A stretch of DNA of 32,000 nt from Nitrososphaerota archaeon. GTDB taxonomy: Archaea > Thermoproteota > Nitrososphaeria > Nitrososphaerales > Nitrosopumilaceae. The notes beneath the pieces are model-generated. The model was not told where the DNA came from. It saw only the letters and a list, made by a program, of their open reading frames with translations, and made no database searches. Below are positions 8,136 through 16,238 of this stretch, in pieces. The stretch lies in assembly GCA_028867755.1 (NCBI GenBank), contig JAGWFT010000001.1, positions 1,131,992 through 1,163,991 of the forward strand, read 5' to 3'. The stretch's first letter is position 1; every line of letters begins with the position of its first letter. A program made the translations under genes and the position numbers.

Positions 8136-9230
8136 ATGCAACAGCGAATTGTATTCCATGTTGATTTTGACTATTTTTTTGCACAATGTGAAGAACTAAG
8201 AAACCCCGAATTGAAGACAAAGCCAGTTGTTGTATGTGTGTTCTCCGACAGGGGCGGAGACAGCGGCGCCATTGCAACTTCCAACTACTTGGCAAGAAGA
8301 TATGGAGTAAAATCTGGAATGCCCATAAAATTTGCAAAAAGAAAGATGGAAGATGTTCCTGAAGCAGTATTCTTGCCTACTGATTTTGACTATTATTCAG
8401 AAATCTCTGAGAATGCAATGAATCTAATTAGGAAATACGCCGATATTTTTGAGTATGTGGGAAGAGATGAGGCGTATCTTGACGTTACAAAAAGAACGGA
8501 AGGAAGTTTTTCAAATGCCGCACATCTGGCTCAGCAATTAAAGAATACCATACGTAGTAATACCAAACTTTCATCAACTGTTGGAGTCTCGACAAACAAA
8601 ATTGTATCCAAGATAGCTTCTGATTTTAAAAAACCTGATGGCCTTACCGTAGTAGAGCCAGGCAAGATTGAGCATTTTCTTGATCCTCTGCCAATTAAGG
8701 TAATACCGGGAATTGGAAAAAAATCAGAAGAAAGGTTTAACGAAATGAAACTTCAAACCATATATGATCTAAAGAAAGTAGATGTATTCTCGCTTAACAG
8801 CATGTTTGGGCGAAAAGTTGGAACCTACATCTACAATGCTGCAAGAGGCATTGATGATGAACCAGTATCGCCAAGAGCAGATCCAATACAATATAGCAGA
8901 ATAATAACATTAAAGCAAGACAGCAAGGATTTTGATTTTTTATCAAAAGATCTAGAACAGTTATGCGTAGATGTGCATGATGCCATTGTAAAAGACAGTA
9001 TTGTTTTCAAGTCGGTGGGAATACAATTTGTGCAAGAAGACCTCTCAAATAGAACAAAGTCTAGAATGTTGAAAAACCCGACATCGAGTCTTGAAGAATT
9101 GAAAAAAACCGCACTTCAACTACTTAGAGAATCTCTTGAGGATCAAAGATTGCTTATCAGAAGGCTTGGGGTTAGAGTGTCTGATTTTTCAGAAGTAGCA
9201 GGACAGGTAGACATTACAAGATTTTTTTAA
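8136..9230 (+). CDS. dinB: Y-family DNA polymerase IV (DinB/Dpo4)
   Basis: VFHVDFDYFFAQCEELRNPELKTKPVVVC (catalytic Asp motif), YLDVT, VGVSTNKIVSKIASDFKKPDGLTVV, and IPGIGKKSEERF (HhH). The C-terminus QVDITRFF is a PIP box. Confidence 0.9.
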   Translation: MQQRIVFHVDFDYFFAQCEELRNPELKTKPVVVCVFSDRGGDSGAIATSNYLARRYGVKSGMPIKFAKRKMEDVPEAVFLPTDFDYYSEISENAMNLIRKYADIFEYVGRDEAYLDVTKRTEGSFSNAAHLAQQLKNTIRSNTKLSSTVGVSTNKIVSKIASDFKKPDGLTVVEPGKIEHFLDPLPIKVIPGIGKKSEERFNEMKLQTIYDLKKVDVFSLNSMFGRKVGTYIYNAARGIDDEPVSPRADPIQYSRIITLKQDSKDFDFLSKDLEQLCVDVHDAIVKDSIVFKSVGIQFVQEDLSNRTKSRMLKNPTSSLEELKKTALQLLRESLEDQRLLIRRLGVRVSDFSEVAGQVDITRFF

Positions 9231-9721
9231 GGCTTTAGCCCTACGTGTGTTGCAAGCCTTTTGTGTTCGTCTTGAGTTATCCATTCTACTTCCAAATAAT
9301 TCATTATCTCGTTGTGTTCCATGCCTAGTCTTTTTGCTTCTTTTACAGCTACAACATAGGCCTCGATTTCAGTAGGTCTATCCACATAAGAATAAGATTT
9401 ATCATACAGGTCAAGGCCCTGTCTTTGTTGTTTTACATGCACAAGCTCGTGTACGATATCAAGATAAAGAATTATCTTATCGGAGTTCTTCAAATGATCA
9501 AGCCCGATTACAATTGTAGCATCTTCGTTTTTTACGTGCATGTATGTACTGCTTGTATCTACAACTACCTTTGTCTTTGAAAAAACATCATCTAGTTCGT
9601 TGCTTGAGCCAAAGATCTGTAGCAAAATTTCAACCTTTCTCAAGCCATCAAAAATATCTTCGATGCGGTATGTTCCAGGATTTATTTCTCTATTGATTTT
9701 TATCGTATTCATGTTTTGCAA
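9227..9721 (-). CDS. small soluble HExxH zinc-metallopeptidase-like protein
   Basis: The motif LDIVHELVHVKQQRQG plus a downstream EIEAY gives a gluzincin-like HExxH...E arrangement. No signal peptide or TM segment. The start lies inside the 3' end of the exosortase-like gene. The stop overlaps the dinB stop (shared TTAA). Confidence 0.5.
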   Translation of the reverse strand: MQNMNTIKINREINPGTYRIEDIFDGLRKVEILLQIFGSSNELDDVFSKTKVVVDTSSTYMHVKNEDATIVIGLDHLKNSDKIILYLDIVHELVHVKQQRQGLDLYDKSYSYVDRPTEIEAYVVAVKEAKRLGMEHNEIMNYLEVEWITQDEHKRLATHVGLKP

Positions 9722-10640
9722 TTTTTACTTCATTTTTTTTTAATCTCTTTGTCTCTACATATGTTACAATGAGCAAAAAGACAAAGAGCCAAGGAAGAAA
9801 CATTATCTCACCTGCAATACCATGAAATGACTCAAATTCATTTACGTTTGTTGACACCTTGAGTACAAACAATGAAAGAGAGAGTATTCTGATTACGTTT
9901 ACTCCAATTGTTCCAATCACTCCTAGCACAAAGTAACCAGCCTTCCTGTTTCTTCGAATGTTCATCTTTAGAAGAAACGCCATCATGACAAGTGAGTAGA
10001 TAATAATACTATGAACGCCTGCCGATGGCCAGAACACTTGAAGTGCGAATGGGCCATGGTCACCACTTAGGAACATAATATTACCGTGTGCACTGGCAAT
10101 TCCCAAATGGAAAGTGGTTATCAAAAAGACATCCAGCTTTACAAGGTACGGTACAACATACTGTAAGGGACCAAGTGAATCATATGGAAAGAACGCATCA
10201 AGTGAGAGAATAATTGCAGTACCTGCGGCATAGATTGGTCCTGCGGGGGATATTCGTATCCATCTCTTGCCAAAAAGTACAGTCAGCGTAGACGTGAAGA
10301 AAATTGCAATTACAATAAAGTCCCACATCCAATCCCATGAATCTAACAATAAAACATGAAACTGAGGTGCAACTGCAGCAAGATAGCTTTTGAGACCAAA
10401 TTCTACAGCCACAAGATATGCAATAGCGACACCTGCTAACGGAATTGCAGCATAGAGTCGCTTCTTTGGAATTTCAAGTTTGATTCCTATCAGCTCAGCT
10501 GCAATAAACGCCATGGCAAAGAGAAATCCCCCTCTGCCTTGATTCCAGCCAAGACTAAAGGTATCTGGAAAGACAGCCAGTGCAAATATTATTGGAGACG
10601 CAATAATGGCTATTGCGATTATTATGCTTCGATTTTGCAA
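9690..10640 (-). CDS. exosortase/archaeosortase-family polytopic membrane protein (thaumarchaeal type), Ser at the expected Cys position
   Basis: 316 aa with ~8 TM helices. The C-terminal third has the family spacing: FWPSAGVHSIIIYSL (compare xCSGxxS), then ~45 aa later GVNVIRILSL (NxxR), then ~25 aa later FHGIAGEIMF (Hx3G). TTG start. Confidence 0.55.
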   Translation of the reverse strand: MQNRSIIIAIAIIASPIIFALAVFPDTFSLGWNQGRGGFLFAMAFIAAELIGIKLEIPKKRLYAAIPLAGVAIAYLVAVEFGLKSYLAAVAPQFHVLLLDSWDWMWDFIVIAIFFTSTLTVLFGKRWIRISPAGPIYAAGTAIILSLDAFFPYDSLGPLQYVVPYLVKLDVFLITTFHLGIASAHGNIMFLSGDHGPFALQVFWPSAGVHSIIIYSLVMMAFLLKMNIRRNRKAGYFVLGVIGTIGVNVIRILSLSLFVLKVSTNVNEFESFHGIAGEIMFLPWLFVFLLIVTYVETKRLKKNEVKIAKHEYDKNQ

Positions 10641-10674
10641 CGATTTAGGTGCAAAGTGCGTTCAATAAAAACTC

Positions 10675-11835
10675 TCAGAAATAATCTTTTATCGATTTTT
10701 GATTTCTTGCTTTTTGTAATTTACTTCTTGCAAGCCATTCTTTCTTGCCCACACTTAGGCCCTTGCATACAAGATCCAAGCCTTGTTCAAAATTTGGCAT
10801 TACAGTTGGTTTTTGTTTTAACGCCATCCTTACTCCTTCTCTAACTTGCCAGACCCCTAGAGGAACTGCATATTCTGGCCTTATCTCGCGAAGCACCATA
10901 ACTCCTGCCTGAACCTTGGCTCTCAAGAGATATTCTGCAACAGCAAGCCGCGATGCAAAATGTGCTCCTGCAGTCTCCGGATAGTGTGAAAGTCCCTTTG
11001 CATCTTCAAAATCTGATCCAAATCCAATGTTACCTTCTTGATCGTACCACGCCTCTTGCATCTCAAACATCCATCTGCGTGGAAACATGATTACGCCGTA
11101 CAAATTTCCAAGGTTTTCATAAGTAAAAATCTGGCAGCAATCAATCTCAGAAAAATTCACAATTTCATCAACAATGGATTTAGAAATTATATCGTCAGTT
11201 GCAGTTATGCTCCATTTCGTAGGTACAAGTTTGCGGTCTTTTCCAAACATTCCTATACTGAAACACTTTTGTATTTTGCTTACCTCTATGCCACGATTAT
11301 AAAGTTCAAAGACTGCATCATACGCCAGAACGTCTTTGTCGTAAAATAATCTCTGAATATTCTTGTCTGATGATGAATTTGAGAACTTGGCAGTTTTTAT
11401 TTCTCCAATGGGGCCAAAAGGGGCATTTTCCCCATCTACAAATAGAGAGGGTTTTGTATTTTTTACAAACTCTACTTCAGAATCAGTAGATCTAGAAGAC
11501 ATTGCAAGCTCTTGTAAGCTTTCGATGTATCTGCCCTGAGGGGCTTTTGCTGTAACTGCTTGTATTCCTCTTACTAGTGATAGTCTATAATTTACAATAT
11601 CTTCCAGGCTCTTGCCTATCCAAGATTCTGGCAAGTCCATAGATAACGTGTTACCATGGATTGGAGGCACCATTGGTCCTACCAGTACCTTTGGATACCC
11701 ATAAGATCCAACAAAGACTGACGGAGGACTAGAACCCTCTACATAATTAGAAGAAAATAGATTGGCGTATTTTGACAGATATTCATTCCAGTTAGATTCT
11801 ATAGCCTTTCGTATATCAGAAGCAGTTCTGGACAC
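10675..11835 (-). CDS. nreA: Nre-family DNA repair protein (NreA-like, DUF650/DUF651)
   Basis: The N-terminal signature SSPPSVFVGSYGYPKVLVGPMVPP, the ~386 aa length, and a C-terminal QKSIKDYF PIP box. GTG start. Confidence 0.7.
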   Translation of the reverse strand: MSRTASDIRKAIESNWNEYLSKYANLFSSNYVEGSSPPSVFVGSYGYPKVLVGPMVPPIHGNTLSMDLPESWIGKSLEDIVNYRLSLVRGIQAVTAKAPQGRYIESLQELAMSSRSTDSEVEFVKNTKPSLFVDGENAPFGPIGEIKTAKFSNSSSDKNIQRLFYDKDVLAYDAVFELYNRGIEVSKIQKCFSIGMFGKDRKLVPTKWSITATDDIISKSIVDEIVNFSEIDCCQIFTYENLGNLYGVIMFPRRWMFEMQEAWYDQEGNIGFGSDFEDAKGLSHYPETAGAHFASRLAVAEYLLRAKVQAGVMVLREIRPEYAVPLGVWQVREGVRMALKQKPTVMPNFEQGLDLVCKGLSVGKKEWLARSKLQKARNQKSIKDYF

Positions 11836-11852
11836 CGTCTCTCAAACGACTT

Positions 11853-12311
11853 TTGCGACTAATAATATCTCTGATGCAAATACTTTTGAGTTATATTCAA
11901 CTATTTTCCAAGCAATATCAAAAATTGTCAGGTGCAGAATCTTTTGGTATTGAAAAAGGATACGGAAAACAAGCAGTAGACTGGATGAATGAAGAGGCAA
12001 AGAATATGGATTGGAAATTTGAAGCAAGGCTATATGATTATGAGATAGATACCAAAAACTTTGGTGCGTTTGAGATGTTTTCATGGATGGGAGACTCAAA
12101 GGCTGCACGTGATTTAGTAGCAAGAGCAAGCAAGAGGTTTAAGATCAAGGTCATAGAAGGAGGATACAAAACAAGACAGTTGATTATTAAAACATCTAAA
12201 AATGAATATGGGATTGTACGAAAGGGAGATCGTGCAATAGGACAGATTGAGTTTACTTCATCTAGATTAACAAATAGCAAGTGGGTTGTAAGCAAAGAAG
12301 AGCGAAAATAG
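11853..12311 (+). CDS. hypothetical protein; 5' end uncertain
   Basis: The maximal ORF starts at TTG 11853, only 17 nt from the divergent nreA start. More likely starts are TTG 11925 or ATG 11985 (MNEEAKNMDWKF...). No motif recognised. Confidence 0.4.
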   Translation: MRLIISLMQILLSYIQLFSKQYQKLSGAESFGIEKGYGKQAVDWMNEEAKNMDWKFEARLYDYEIDTKNFGAFEMFSWMGDSKAARDLVARASKRFKIKVIEGGYKTRQLIIKTSKNEYGIVRKGDRAIGQIEFTSSRLTNSKWVVSKEERK

Positions 12312-12315
12312 AAAA

Positions 12316-12891
12316 TTAGCGTAAAGAACTTAGCTCTGCCTTGGCAAGAATTTGTGCTACACGTAATGGTTCAGGCATGGCTCCTTGTAACGTGAATGTA
12401 TCAAGCAGTTTTTTTGCTTCCTTTAATTCACATCCTTCCACTCTTAGGTATAGATCATGTTTTGTATGCAATGATATCTTGGTCCTAGTGCCAAGGTTCT
12501 GATATTGTTTTATTTTAAATTCATAGGAATTAGGAAAATGATGTCTAATTGCATCTTCCATTCCGTCAGACTCTTCATATGTCACACCAATAATTGGCAT
12601 CTTGACTTTTTTCCATAGTTTTTTGATATCAACGATATTGTATATGGAGATAATCAATCCTGAGACCAGAATGAAGCTAATGTCATCACGATTTAGATTC
12701 TCATACATTGAGATAATTGCATCAGTGGCATCATCACCTCCTATAGTAGCCATCCCAAAAACAAATCCATCAATTACAAAATCTCTTCGCATCACAACTC
12801 CTGCTAATTTTGATTTTAAATCATTCTCGTGGAAGCTTTCTGCTATTGATAGCCCGCGCAGACCTTTTTTCTCAAGTCGTAGATGGTTCAT
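12316..12891 (-). CDS. UPF0215/DUF99-family protein (endonuclease V-like fold family)
   Basis: RGLSIAESF...LAGVVMRRDFVIDGFVFGMATIGGDDATDAII matches my memory of the DUF99 signature. ~190 aa. TTTATAAAAAA box ~25 nt upstream of the ATG. Confidence 0.55.
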   Translation of the reverse strand: MNHLRLEKKGLRGLSIAESFHENDLKSKLAGVVMRRDFVIDGFVFGMATIGGDDATDAIISMYENLNRDDISFILVSGLIISIYNIVDIKKLWKKVKMPIIGVTYEESDGMEDAIRHHFPNSYEFKIKQYQNLGTRTKISLHTKHDLYLRVEGCELKEAKKLLDTFTLQGAMPEPLRVAQILAKAELSSLR

Positions 12892-12999
12892 TTTTATTTC
12901 GAAATTTTTTATAAACTAGCCCAGTTACAACCATAAAAATAGCTGTGATAGTGGACCAAGAGATAATGGCTACAATATCAAAATGAGTCATACAACAAA

Positions 13000-13920
13000 T
13001 TATACAATAATTGGCCCGCTTCCTACTATTCGTATAGTCTGCGACTCGGGTTTTAGAATCACGCATATATCATTTTTTATAAATGCAACTGGTTTGTTAA
13101 GAGAAAGCTTCATGGGGTTAAGAGATACTATTTTTGCAGCTCTTGTCTGCAGACCTATATTTACAAGAAATGTCTGGTTTTCTGCCACTTTGTCCTTGAA
13201 GAATTTGTTTTGTAAATAATCCAATGCAACATCTTGCATCACATGGATTCCATCACCAATGCACAATTGGTCTCCCCTTTGTACATCATCAGATACAACT
13301 CCCTTTACAGCAAGACCGACTCGTGCTGGAGACACAGCTTCTTCCACCGGATCGTCATGCATTTGAATGGATTTTATTATAACCTCGTCTCCTTTGGGCA
13401 ACAGTTTGAGTTTATCATATGCTTTGATTTTTCCTTGTGCTACCTTACCAAGTATAACCGTGCCTACCCCTTTTACATCAAAACAATGATCAATTGGAAT
13501 CCTAGCATCGCCTTCATTTGATACAGGTTCCAAAGAATCCATTTCCTTTTTGAGATCAGATAGTTCTACTAGTTTGTATTGTTCCACAACGGTTCCTTTT
13601 ATCATAAGAAGAAGTTTTTCATGATCTACTTCGTAAGAATGAGTTAGTAATCCCTTATTCTTTTTGAGAACATCAAGTGCAACAATTTGTTCTCCTGTGA
13701 ATTTGTCAAGCTTAGAGACACAAAAAATAACATATTCACCCATGTTTATGGCTTGAAGAAGCGGTTGGATCTTTTCTGGAAAGCCTGTTGGCATGGTCCA
13801 TGTTTTTACAAAGCCTGCATCTTTTTTATCATATATTGTAAGATCAGTAGCAGTGCCTTTTTTGCCAAAATCTTTGGCTATTGATTCATCTCCAAGCAAT
13901 ACATAATTGATTGATTTCAT
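13000..13920 (-). CDS. EF-Tu/SelB/aIF2-gamma-like protein with degenerate G domain (pseudo-GTPase)
   Basis: Clear EF-Tu domain-2 barrel (ARIPIDHCFDVKGVGTVILGKVAQGKIKAYDKLKLLP...VKGVVSDDVQRGDQL). The N-terminal domain lacks GxxxxGK[ST] (VLLGDESIAKDFGKKGT), lacks DxxG-H (TMPTGF) and lacks NKxD. Confidence 0.6.
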   Translation of the reverse strand: MKSINYVLLGDESIAKDFGKKGTATDLTIYDKKDAGFVKTWTMPTGFPEKIQPLLQAINMGEYVIFCVSKLDKFTGEQIVALDVLKKNKGLLTHSYEVDHEKLLLMIKGTVVEQYKLVELSDLKKEMDSLEPVSNEGDARIPIDHCFDVKGVGTVILGKVAQGKIKAYDKLKLLPKGDEVIIKSIQMHDDPVEEAVSPARVGLAVKGVVSDDVQRGDQLCIGDGIHVMQDVALDYLQNKFFKDKVAENQTFLVNIGLQTRAAKIVSLNPMKLSLNKPVAFIKNDICVILKPESQTIRIVGSGPIIV

Positions 13921-14007
13921 TTTATTTGTGAGAACCCATAACTAGTAAAATATCTTGTGGAGACGGTACAAAAATTAACGATGTGTTTGTCAAGTTAAAC
14001 AGAAAGA

Positions 14008-14901
14008 TTAACCTCTAGGATCATTTTTTGTTGCATTCTGACCAAGAATTAGGTCAACTTTATAGTTCAAACTTAATCGTGAATTCATGTTTAACTTCCA
14101 TGGAATAAAGCTTGGTTGGCTTGTTCTTCTAATTAATTTGAATCCAGACTGCCTCAGATACAACCTTAGTTCATCTGGACTTATTTTGGATTTTACAGAT
14201 GCCTTTCCTCGCTCAAAGTCATATGGATCAGATATCATGAGAAACTTTTTGGATTGATGCGAGACAGCCTGCAAAAGCTCACGCGGCTCTACAATATCAA
14301 GCAGGTTTAGGACAACCACCAGATCAAATTTTCTGCTTCCAAAAGGAGAGTTTAATGAGTCTGCCACAATGAAATCCAAATTTTTTCTTTGATGTTTTTT
14401 TGCCTCTAATATAGCATAAAATGATTTGTCTATGCCAAATACGAGAGAATTTTGCTTTGCAAGATGTGCTGTTAGGTGTCCTATAGAGCACCCATGCTCC
14501 AATACAAAATCACATCTAGGTAACTTGTGAACCAAGTTTTTTACATGGACATAGAACTGCGAATGTATACTACGCTTGTAGATTCCAACCCAGTTTCTTT
14601 CAAGTTCAGAAGTGTCTTCTAATACATGTTTTATCTTTCCCAGCATTTCTTTTACAAACAACTTCATTTTGGAAGACTTGGCCATCAGCATCAACTCACC
14701 ACCAAGTGCCATCCTAATTGCAAGATAAGATGAAAAATCTTCCAGCAAAAAAGGCACAGACGATATTACAGGATATCTGTGATTGCATTTTGTGCAACTT
14801 AGAAAACCCTCCTGAACTTCGTCACCACATGTCAATGGCTCAATGGATAATGCAGACTTGCAGATTACGCATCGCAGATATTTAGCAGTGGATTCAAACA
14901 A
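14008..14901 (-). CDS. class I SAM-dependent methyltransferase with N-terminal Trm112-like zinc ribbon
   Basis: N-terminus CVICKSAL...CTKCNHRYPVISSVPFLL (Trm112/DUF343-like). Motif I VLEHGCSIGHL. Post-I/II pattern FDLVVVLNLLD. TTG start. Confidence 0.7.
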   Translation of the reverse strand: MFESTAKYLRCVICKSALSIEPLTCGDEVQEGFLSCTKCNHRYPVISSVPFLLEDFSSYLAIRMALGGELMLMAKSSKMKLFVKEMLGKIKHVLEDTSELERNWVGIYKRSIHSQFYVHVKNLVHKLPRCDFVLEHGCSIGHLTAHLAKQNSLVFGIDKSFYAILEAKKHQRKNLDFIVADSLNSPFGSRKFDLVVVLNLLDIVEPRELLQAVSHQSKKFLMISDPYDFERGKASVKSKISPDELRLYLRQSGFKLIRRTSQPSFIPWKLNMNSRLSLNYKVDLILGQNATKNDPRG

Positions 14902-14943
14902 TGAGATTTTAGAATATGTTGTAGATTAAATTTATACCGTTAC

Positions 14944-15750
14944 TTATTCATGAATTTTACTTTCTTGAAATGAATCAGAATTATACCAACAGTATCTAAA
15001 ATAGTCCAAACACCATTCATGAAATAGAGGATCTTTGCTGTAAAACATTTCACGCATGTCTGCAACACCGTCCAATGTTGGAAATCCAATACATGCCTCT
15101 TTCTCATTTAACACAACAACCACATTTGTGCCTGTTCTCATTTTTCTCTCAACCAGGCCTTTTTCGATTAAATCTTTCATACCTAATTTATTGAGTAAAT
15201 CTTTTCGTCCCTTAGGAACTATGACTGATTCTGAAAAGATGTAATTTAGTTTAACTCCCTGTTTTACTTTGGTTAATAATGGTTCGATTAGATCAAGCGG
15301 AACTTCAGTGAAGATTTCATAGATAAATTCATCCGCATTTTTATAAATTGACTTCCATTGTTCTAGAGATTTGACAAATCCTTTGATTTGTTGCCCCCCA
15401 GCAAGTGCACCTATCCTTTGTATGAATTTCATAGGAACATCACCGAAATCATGATTTTCAAAATATTTTCTATTCTTAGAGAGAAATAACAGAGACGGAA
15501 CTTGGGTGCACATGGTTTTGCCATACGTGGTAAGATCATACAAGCCATCCCTATCTTTTATAACCAATCCTGCATCTGCAAGTCGCTCAAAGTTCCTGTG
15601 AACCTCCTGAACTGTGGCGTGAAGTTCTTTTGCCATATTTGAGATCTTGGATTTTTTCTCTAAAAGTTTGAAGATTATGTTCAGACGTTGTTCGCTTGCA
15701 AGCTCAAGAAAGTCGTCTGCTGCATTTTCATATATGTTATCCATTGACAA
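14944..15750 (-). CDS. winged-helix transcriptional regulator (ArsR-like HTH plus DUF1724-type C-terminal domain)
   Basis: The N-terminal wHTH (RLNIIFKLLEKKSKISNMAKELHATVQEVHRNFERLADAGLVIKD) and the ~270 aa architecture resemble archaeal HTH-DUF1724 regulators. Confidence 0.6.
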   Translation of the reverse strand: MSMDNIYENAADDFLELASEQRLNIIFKLLEKKSKISNMAKELHATVQEVHRNFERLADAGLVIKDRDGLYDLTTYGKTMCTQVPSLLFLSKNRKYFENHDFGDVPMKFIQRIGALAGGQQIKGFVKSLEQWKSIYKNADEFIYEIFTEVPLDLIEPLLTKVKQGVKLNYIFSESVIVPKGRKDLLNKLGMKDLIEKGLVERKMRTGTNVVVVLNEKEACIGFPTLDGVADMREMFYSKDPLFHEWCLDYFRYCWYNSDSFQESKIHE

Positions 15751-15861
15751 TAATGCTTAGAATTATTTATGTAAATCTTTGCTCTATTCAACTATTTTCA
15801 ACAAGCGAGTAACGCGTATCAAATTTTTATTTCACGGTATTAAGATAGGTGTGTACAAAAA

Positions 15862-15888
15862 GGATTAGGTAACTTAGTTAAGTAATCC
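15862..15888. promoter_or_regulatory. imperfect inverted repeat GGATTA-N15-TAATCC upstream of the small wHTH gene
   Basis: GGATTAGGTAACTTAGTTAAGTAATCC ends ~30 nt upstream of TTG 15919, in the 168-bp divergent region between two wHTH regulator genes. Candidate operator. Confidence 0.25.
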
Positions 15889-15918
15889 ATTAAATCAAAG
15901 AAGTGAGATCAAGAAGCA

Positions 15919-16185
15919 TTGGCAGTAACTTTCAATATTAGTGACGAGGTAATGCAAGATCTTTTGTCAGACAAAGTCAGTAGAATGATTTTAGAATCGA
16001 TCAGGACAGTCCCAAAATCTACAAGTCAACTCTGCATAGAATGTAACATACCCACAAGCACTGCTTATAGAAAGATGCAAAAATTGTCAGATTACAAAAT
16101 AATACGTAAGATTGGCACCATAAATGAGGCAGGAAAAAGAGAGATACTCTACAAGAGTACCTTTTCTGTTTTTGAGAAGATTTGA
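15919..16185 (+). CDS. small winged-helix (ArsR/HTH_20-like) DNA-binding protein
   Basis: 88 aa. KVSRMILESIRTVPKSTSQLCIECNIPTSTAYRKMQKLSDYKIIRK is an HTH followed by a wing. TTG start. Confidence 0.55.
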   Translation: MAVTFNISDEVMQDLLSDKVSRMILESIRTVPKSTSQLCIECNIPTSTAYRKMQKLSDYKIIRKIGTINEAGKREILYKSTFSVFEKI

Positions 16186-16238
16186 AAGGAATAAAAGTTT
16201 GTTAAACTAAAATACAGTATCATTTTTGCATATAAGCT

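Noticed and set aside
7852-8337. Minus-strand ORFs 7852..8061 and 8095..8337 around the dinB promoter and 5' end
   Set aside because: One overlaps the better-supported 7725..7979 ORF in another frame, and the other is antisense to the dinB N-terminus. Both have Arg/Cys-rich shadow-frame composition.
12872-13066. 64-aa ORF; a 39-aa version from Met 12991 would be a single-TM mini-protein (MTHFDIVAIISWSTITAIFMVVTGLVYKKF...)
   Set aside because: The long form overlaps the EF-Tu-like gene. The short form spans the TATA box and start of the DUF99 gene and overlaps it by 20 nt. It is plausible as a small membrane protein, but I cannot support it without conservation data.
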